A stretch of DNA of 62,621 nt, taken from the sequence record SRR22947727_864; one strand, 5' to 3'. The position numbers and the translations under genes are program-made. Below are positions 57,927 through 62,621 of the stretch, one piece after another; position 1 is the first letter of the stretch, and each line of letters starts with the position of its first letter. Below the pieces are notes generated by a model. That model was not told the DNA's origin. It saw only the letters and a list, made by a program, of their open reading frames with translations, and did no database searches.

Positions 57927-59354
57927 TTGTTTGATTTTAGTGCAACGAGATATATTAAAAAGAAACAGGAAAAAGAGTGGGAAATCGTACCCCTCAAACC
58001 TGTATGGAAACCCTACAATGAAGAAGCCCAAAAGTTTCTTGAGTGGTTTTGCACCCACTTCTGCAATGTTCCTTCTGGGCCAAAGGAAAGCGCCAAGTAT
58101 TTGACCGTTGTGTCGTCCTTTCTAGCCCTGTCACAGCAAATCTTTAATAAGAACGACAGCCAGATGGCTATACCTCACGATAATAATTACTGGTCTGCCT
58201 TCCCCGATGCTGGTCGGAAGGTAGTAGATAACGTAAGAGAAGATTTACTATCATCAGGGGCCATCCATTTTATAGACGGTACTGGGTACAAGTATGTCTG
58301 GAAGGATGATGATGGTAAGTGGGAACAAGACGGGCAGGTGAGCCTATATGCATTAGACGATAGCCTGTTGAGCCAAAAGGGTTTCGTCGATGCAGAGTGG
58401 ATTGAAACAGGAAGACCACCACTACAGATAGGTAAGCGAGAAAGTCGTAAGCAGAGAGCAGAGCGTAAGCAGCAGAATAAAGCATCACCTAAAATTACCC
58501 TTACTGCTATGAAGAAGTTTGGTAGGGCTTACGGTCTTGCCAGTAATGGCGTTACACAGCTTAACACCTTTTTGAAGCAACATCCTTTAGCCTTACCGCC
58601 TCTTGCTAATGGGGTTGTAAGCTATGCCGCATCTATGACGAGAATTTACCACAACGGTAGTATGATTGAGGGTGGTAGGTATTATGGTGCTTGGACAAAC
58701 CTAAAGGGTGATTACAGGCTACAATCTACCATAGATGGTGAGCCTATTGTCAGCATTGATCTGAACGCCTCTCAGCCCACACTCTTTAACGCCTTGATGG
58801 GTGTGAAGATGAAACTGGGTGATAGTTGGTATGACCTCTACGCTGAGGCTGTTTCTGATCTAGCCAAATCCAAAAATGATTACGAACCCCTGCGTAATAA
58901 GATCAAGCAAGTGGCTGTTGAGATCATTGGTACGGGTAACCCATCCAAGTCTAAACCAGCCAAAGCAGGTAAGTGTGTCTTTGATGAGGAGACAGACGAA
59001 TACAACGTGATCCGTAAGAGGCTGTTAGGTGTAGCACCAGCTTTGATGTTTATGGATAATGCATATTACAACGGGGCAGGGTTCATATCCTATCACGAAG
59101 CAGAAATGATGACTTTGGTCTTACATCGTTTGATGGCTTTAAACATTCCAGCTTATCCTGTTCACGACTGCCTGATGGTTAAAGCAAGTCATCAAGAAGA
59201 AGCTATGACAGTCTTACGTAATACGATTCAAGCCTATATAATTGCTCACTGTAAGAAGTATCGTCCATCTAATGTTGTAAGCCTTGTGGTTCCTGTTTCT
59301 GTTGAGGGTAATGGAAAGAATAAAACTGATATAAGGGGCTACTATGACGGTTAA
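57927..59354 (+). CDS. Minimal family-A DNA polymerase/T7-RNAP-like palm-domain protein
   Basis: GGRYYG, motif A SIDLNASQP, motif B-like RNKIK, SYHEA, motif C PVHDCLMV; no exonuclease domain seen; TTG start uncertain. Confidence 0.72.
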   Translation: MFDFSATRYIKKKQEKEWEIVPLKPVWKPYNEEAQKFLEWFCTHFCNVPSGPKESAKYLTVVSSFLALSQQIFNKNDSQMAIPHDNNYWSAFPDAGRKVVDNVREDLLSSGAIHFIDGTGYKYVWKDDDGKWEQDGQVSLYALDDSLLSQKGFVDAEWIETGRPPLQIGKRESRKQRAERKQQNKASPKITLTAMKKFGRAYGLASNGVTQLNTFLKQHPLALPPLANGVVSYAASMTRIYHNGSMIEGGRYYGAWTNLKGDYRLQSTIDGEPIVSIDLNASQPTLFNALMGVKMKLGDSWYDLYAEAVSDLAKSKNDYEPLRNKIKQVAVEIIGTGNPSKSKPAKAGKCVFDEETDEYNVIRKRLLGVAPALMFMDNAYYNGAGFISYHEAEMMTLVLHRLMALNIPAYPVHDCLMVKASHQEEAMTVLRNTIQAYIIAHCKKYRPSNVVSLVVPVSVEGNGKNKTDIRGYYDG

Positions 59355-59550
59355 GCCCTTACAGTGTTAAACTTCCCTCTATCTACTCTTTTAAAGAAAG
59401 TAGTTACTCTATTCTAAAGTGAGACTAGCAGGTGTGTAGCAAGTACACATAGCAGACGTAATCCATTTTACCTATTCATTACATATACTTAATGTATTTT
59501 TTCATACTTCAAATATACGACGCAACACCAACATAAAGTAAGGCCTAACT

Positions 59551-59913
59551 ATGCCCATATCCCAACCACGCTTGGCTTGGTTCAAGCTCAAATGTCCATA
59601 CCCGTATAACAGTCCTGACTACAAAAAAGCCTACGCTAAACTGCAGAACGCTTCTTACGCAGATCTAGAGACGTTACGTGCGGAGTTTGACGAGTTTGAC
59701 GATGGCTCAATTCCCGTGATCCACTATCAGCATAAGGGAGAGTGGTACGCTAAAGTTGGCTTAACTGGCGCACCTCAAAAGCTGAATATGCGTGGCATTC
59801 AACAGCACGGTAGAAAGTGGCGAGTACAGAAGCGCACTAGAGGTCATCTGCGTAAGTGGACGTATGAAAGTCTACCCGAAGCCCAGCGCAAAAGAGATAA
59901 GCTGTTTGGGTAA
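59551..59913 (+). CDS. Hypothetical protein with C-terminal AP2/integrase-DBD-like domain
   Basis: RGIQQHGRKWRVQKR...TYESLPEAQRKRD pattern. Confidence 0.6.
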   Translation: MPISQPRLAWFKLKCPYPYNSPDYKKAYAKLQNASYADLETLRAEFDEFDDGSIPVIHYQHKGEWYAKVGLTGAPQKLNMRGIQQHGRKWRVQKRTRGHLRKWTYESLPEAQRKRDKLFG

Positions 59914-59952
59914 GGTGATTTAAAAGACATTTGCTAAACCAAGCAGCTAATC

Positions 59953-60354
59953 TTATTCCAATATGTAGTCTAATTCTTCTGTGCGGATTAGCTCATCTTG
60001 ATCGTCACCAGACGAGTGAACAACAATCCAAACGCACTTTTTATCACTCAGATTGCAAGGGGCGTGTGGAACGTCGGCTGGAATGAATATTTGTTCGCCC
60101 TGCTTAACCAACGTCTGGTATTCAAGTGTTGGGCCGTGAAAAACCGTACACTCACCTTCCAGCATATATGCTATTGTCTCAATACCTCTGTGAAAGTGTG
60201 GTTTCGCTTTAGCTCCTGATGGCATAGGAAGAACATTCATACAGATTTTCTCTGCACCAGCCGTGTGTCGTGAAACACCAGCGTCGTAAGTTACACCTTG
60301 AGCACCTTCATATTTGGCTCCTTGCTTTACTAGCTTCACACCGTCATCAGACAT
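59953..60354 (-). CDS. RmlC-like cupin protein
   Basis: PHFHRGIETIAY (motif 1), GEQIFIPADVPH (motif 2); GAGAGG RBS. Confidence 0.88.
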   Translation of the reverse strand: MSDDGVKLVKQGAKYEGAQGVTYDAGVSRHTAGAEKICMNVLPMPSGAKAKPHFHRGIETIAYMLEGECTVFHGPTLEYQTLVKQGEQIFIPADVPHAPCNLSDKKCVWIVVHSSGDDQDELIRTEELDYILE

Positions 60355-60773
60355 TCTGAACCTCTCTCAAAAATGTATACTTTCTGAAAGACTACTTCCT
60401 GCCATACAGAATGAAAGCATTACCGAGCGTCAGACTTATGTCAGTCTAACGTTTCAACAACTCAAATATCCAAGCAGTTTTGCTCTCCTATCTTTTGTGA
60501 AACTCATTCCACAATACCCTTGAGAGCCGCTGTGCGAGTCACTGGTGAGTCTAGTACCCAAGTCAGCACCCACTACTAGCAAACCCCAAAAGTACCCAAA
60601 TAAGACAGGTTTCCGCATATATCGCTGAAACTCTTCAAGCAGCACTCAAGCCAACTGAAACGCTGACATATATCCGTTCTCTGTCACTCTTAAAGTTTCA
60701 GCTTCTTGTTGAGTGCAACAATTGCAAATTCCCTACAAGTCACACGCCCCCATACTCATAAAAGGATAACTCT

Positions 60774-61709
60774 ATGCAAAACCCTTACGCTTTAATGGAT
60801 AAGCCACAAATACGATCTGAAACGCTGGATAAGATACGCCAAGCAATTATGACTGACCAACGCCCACAAAGCCTTGAAGAGCGCATAGAAGCCCTCAGTG
60901 ATGCAGAGAAGGCCCAGCTAATGCGGTCAGTCAAAATGGATCAGTTGAGTATTCAGATACAAAGGGTCATTGACCCATACATCACGTACTATGAAATGTT
61001 GGAACAGATGTATCCAAAGCTGGGGGTTACCCAACGTGATATGAGGGCAGAGGTGATGGAAAGCATAGACCCTGCACCAGAAATGCCAGACGAGATAAGG
61101 CTAAAGCGTGAGGCTGAACGAAAGGCCAAAGCAGACGCACATCAGAAAGCCATAAACGATATGCTTGACAGCTATGCCCGTCCATTAGTTGCAAATGATG
61201 ATATTGCAGAATTAGAAGCTGAAACGAAACTCAGCGCTAACGATATGCGTTTAGCTACGATAGCGGCAGACAACCGCAGGAAAGCCAAGAAAGAGAAAGC
61301 ACAGCTATCCTTCATTGATCAGCTAACCCAGAGTGAAAGCAGTGGGCAGTCAGATGCAGAGATCACCATCAAAGACGGTAGACGCTTTGTGGGTAAGCTA
61401 CAGTTTGGTGAAGCACGTCTAAAGGATTACCAGAAGGCTACAGGCTCATCGTTCTCACAGAACGATTTTAAGGCTGATACAGCACTGCAAGACAAAGTGG
61501 CTGATTGGCACATCAAAGACATAGATAAGGCCATCGACGCCCTTGGTATCAAAACAGACGGCTATGATCGTGACGGGCTACGGGCTGTGGCTCATCTTGG
61601 CGGTAAAGGTGGTATGAAGAAGTTTGTCCTCTCTAAAGGGGAGTATGATCCGTCAGATGATCTTGGTACGTCTTTGAAGAATTATTACAACAACTTCTCT
61701 GCGCAATAA
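60774..61709 (+). CDS. Protein with helical N-terminus and C-terminal lysozyme/transglycosylase-like domain
   Basis: LTQSESSG (putative catalytic Glu), GKLQF, AVAHLGG; AAGGA RBS; no signal peptide. Confidence 0.62.
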   Translation: MQNPYALMDKPQIRSETLDKIRQAIMTDQRPQSLEERIEALSDAEKAQLMRSVKMDQLSIQIQRVIDPYITYYEMLEQMYPKLGVTQRDMRAEVMESIDPAPEMPDEIRLKREAERKAKADAHQKAINDMLDSYARPLVANDDIAELEAETKLSANDMRLATIAADNRRKAKKEKAQLSFIDQLTQSESSGQSDAEITIKDGRRFVGKLQFGEARLKDYQKATGSSFSQNDFKADTALQDKVADWHIKDIDKAIDALGIKTDGYDRDGLRAVAHLGGKGGMKKFVLSKGEYDPSDDLGTSLKNYYNNFSAQ

Positions 61710-61867
61710 TTAATGAACCTTCAGTCTGGCATACCTATTCATTGGCGGAGACTGGCAATATGGCGCTTGATTACAAATGATACGAGAACCAGAAGTTTAT
61801 TATATTAGTATCAATATTTAACTTATTGTTTAAAGATGTTCGCTGTTAAATTAAGGAGAGTAGTTTT

Positions 61868-62575
61868 ATGAGGCGTTTTATAGCTTTAGTATTTTTGTTC
61901 TTGGCAGCCTGTGGTTCAGGAGATGCTATAATTGGTGATAAAGCGAAGTTTGTAGGCCCAAACCCATCAGGGAATAAAAAGGGATTAACATATGAGAAGG
62001 CTACAAACGGAGATTTGGTTGTTTACGCAAACGCTGTGCATAAAAAGCAAGGTGCTATTGAGGGTGGCTACAGAGTAAATCTCTATTTTGTAAATGAAGG
62101 CGCCCAACCAATAACGATTTCTCCAGAGCCAACACTAACTTCGGCTAACGGTGTGATGCTAAAACCGCTTGATTACCCTAGTTTTATGAACCTAGCCTAT
62201 GGCTTGCAAAGTGCAACGCCACCGCCAATGCCAGAATACCGTGATCAAGATCGCCGTATTTCTGGAACAGCATTTGATCAATATGGAAATCATTATTCTT
62301 TTAACGCCACATCAAGTGCAAGACTTTCCAGTGGTGAACAATTCTCGCGTGGATTTGAACAAGGCTATGCTGCAGGTGAAGCTATCGTTGCGATGGCGAC
62401 AGTTAAAATCGGTCGTGATCTAACAAACTGGGGCGAAGACTACTACATCCGTCCCAAATACACACTCCAATCTGGAGAAAAAGTCTTGGCAACAGCTTAT
62501 TTCCGCAAACTCAAAGCGAGCAGTGAGCAGCTAAATTTGAATATCAAATTGGGCAAGAAGACACTGACCTTTTAA
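61868..62575 (+). CDS. Hypothetical lipoprotein
   Basis: MRR + hydrophobic core + LAAC lipobox; AAGGAG RBS. Confidence 0.75.
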   Translation: MRRFIALVFLFLAACGSGDAIIGDKAKFVGPNPSGNKKGLTYEKATNGDLVVYANAVHKKQGAIEGGYRVNLYFVNEGAQPITISPEPTLTSANGVMLKPLDYPSFMNLAYGLQSATPPPMPEYRDQDRRISGTAFDQYGNHYSFNATSSARLSSGEQFSRGFEQGYAAGEAIVAMATVKIGRDLTNWGEDYYIRPKYTLQSGEKVLATAYFRKLKASSEQLNLNIKLGKKTLTF

Positions 62576-62621
62576 TGTAGTGCAAAACCCGTCCTCCCAG
62601 AAGTTTTCAATTTACTGGCGG

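Larger units (their letters stand above)
57544..62621. mobile_element. Left portion of a tRNA-Ala-integrated island/phage-related element (continues beyond the window)
   Basis: att fragment, arm-like repeats, visible change in base and codon usage, phage-like genes; integrase not in the window. Confidence 0.78.

Noticed and set aside
59953-60354. Cupin as a DMSP lyase (DddW/DddK/DddQ)
   Set aside because: Only generic cupin motifs are visible; nothing specific supports the call
1-62621. CRISPR array, rRNA genes, IS transposases
   Set aside because: No regularly spaced repeats, rRNA-like sequence or transposase motifs were seen

Overview
Chromosomal window of a marine alphaproteobacterium, most likely Rhodobacteraceae/Roseobacter group (inferred from class I LysRS, the lysS-terB-dacB-nadD-ettA neighbourhood and gene content). 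In order: the end of a sugar (CUT2) ABC operon; a GAF-AAA-HTH regulator divergent from an alcohol dehydrogenase plus CUT1 ABC transporter with GlpS/GlpT-like ATPases; leuA with a Leu-rich leader peptide; housekeeping genes (lysS, dacB, nadD, ettA); a 29-36 kb patch of small accessory genes and pseudogenes; a 17 kb unassigned catabolic cluster (PrpD-like, LIV-type ABC, SDR, Cys-less racemase, tautomerase-SnoaL fusion, LeuC/D-like, ICL-family lyase, hydantoinase/oxoprolinase A/B, Cys-less isochorismatase, flavoprotein); a probable decayed integrase; a four-microprotein operon led by a 42-aa CDGSH-like protein; a DUF3127 gene; and from 57544 the left part of an element integrated at a tRNA-Ala 3' end, carrying a minimal family-A/T7-like polymerase-palm protein, an AP2-like protein, a cupin, a lysozyme-like protein and a lipoprotein. 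No rRNA, intact tRNA or CRISPR array was seen. All family calls come from motif recognition by eye; no searches were run.
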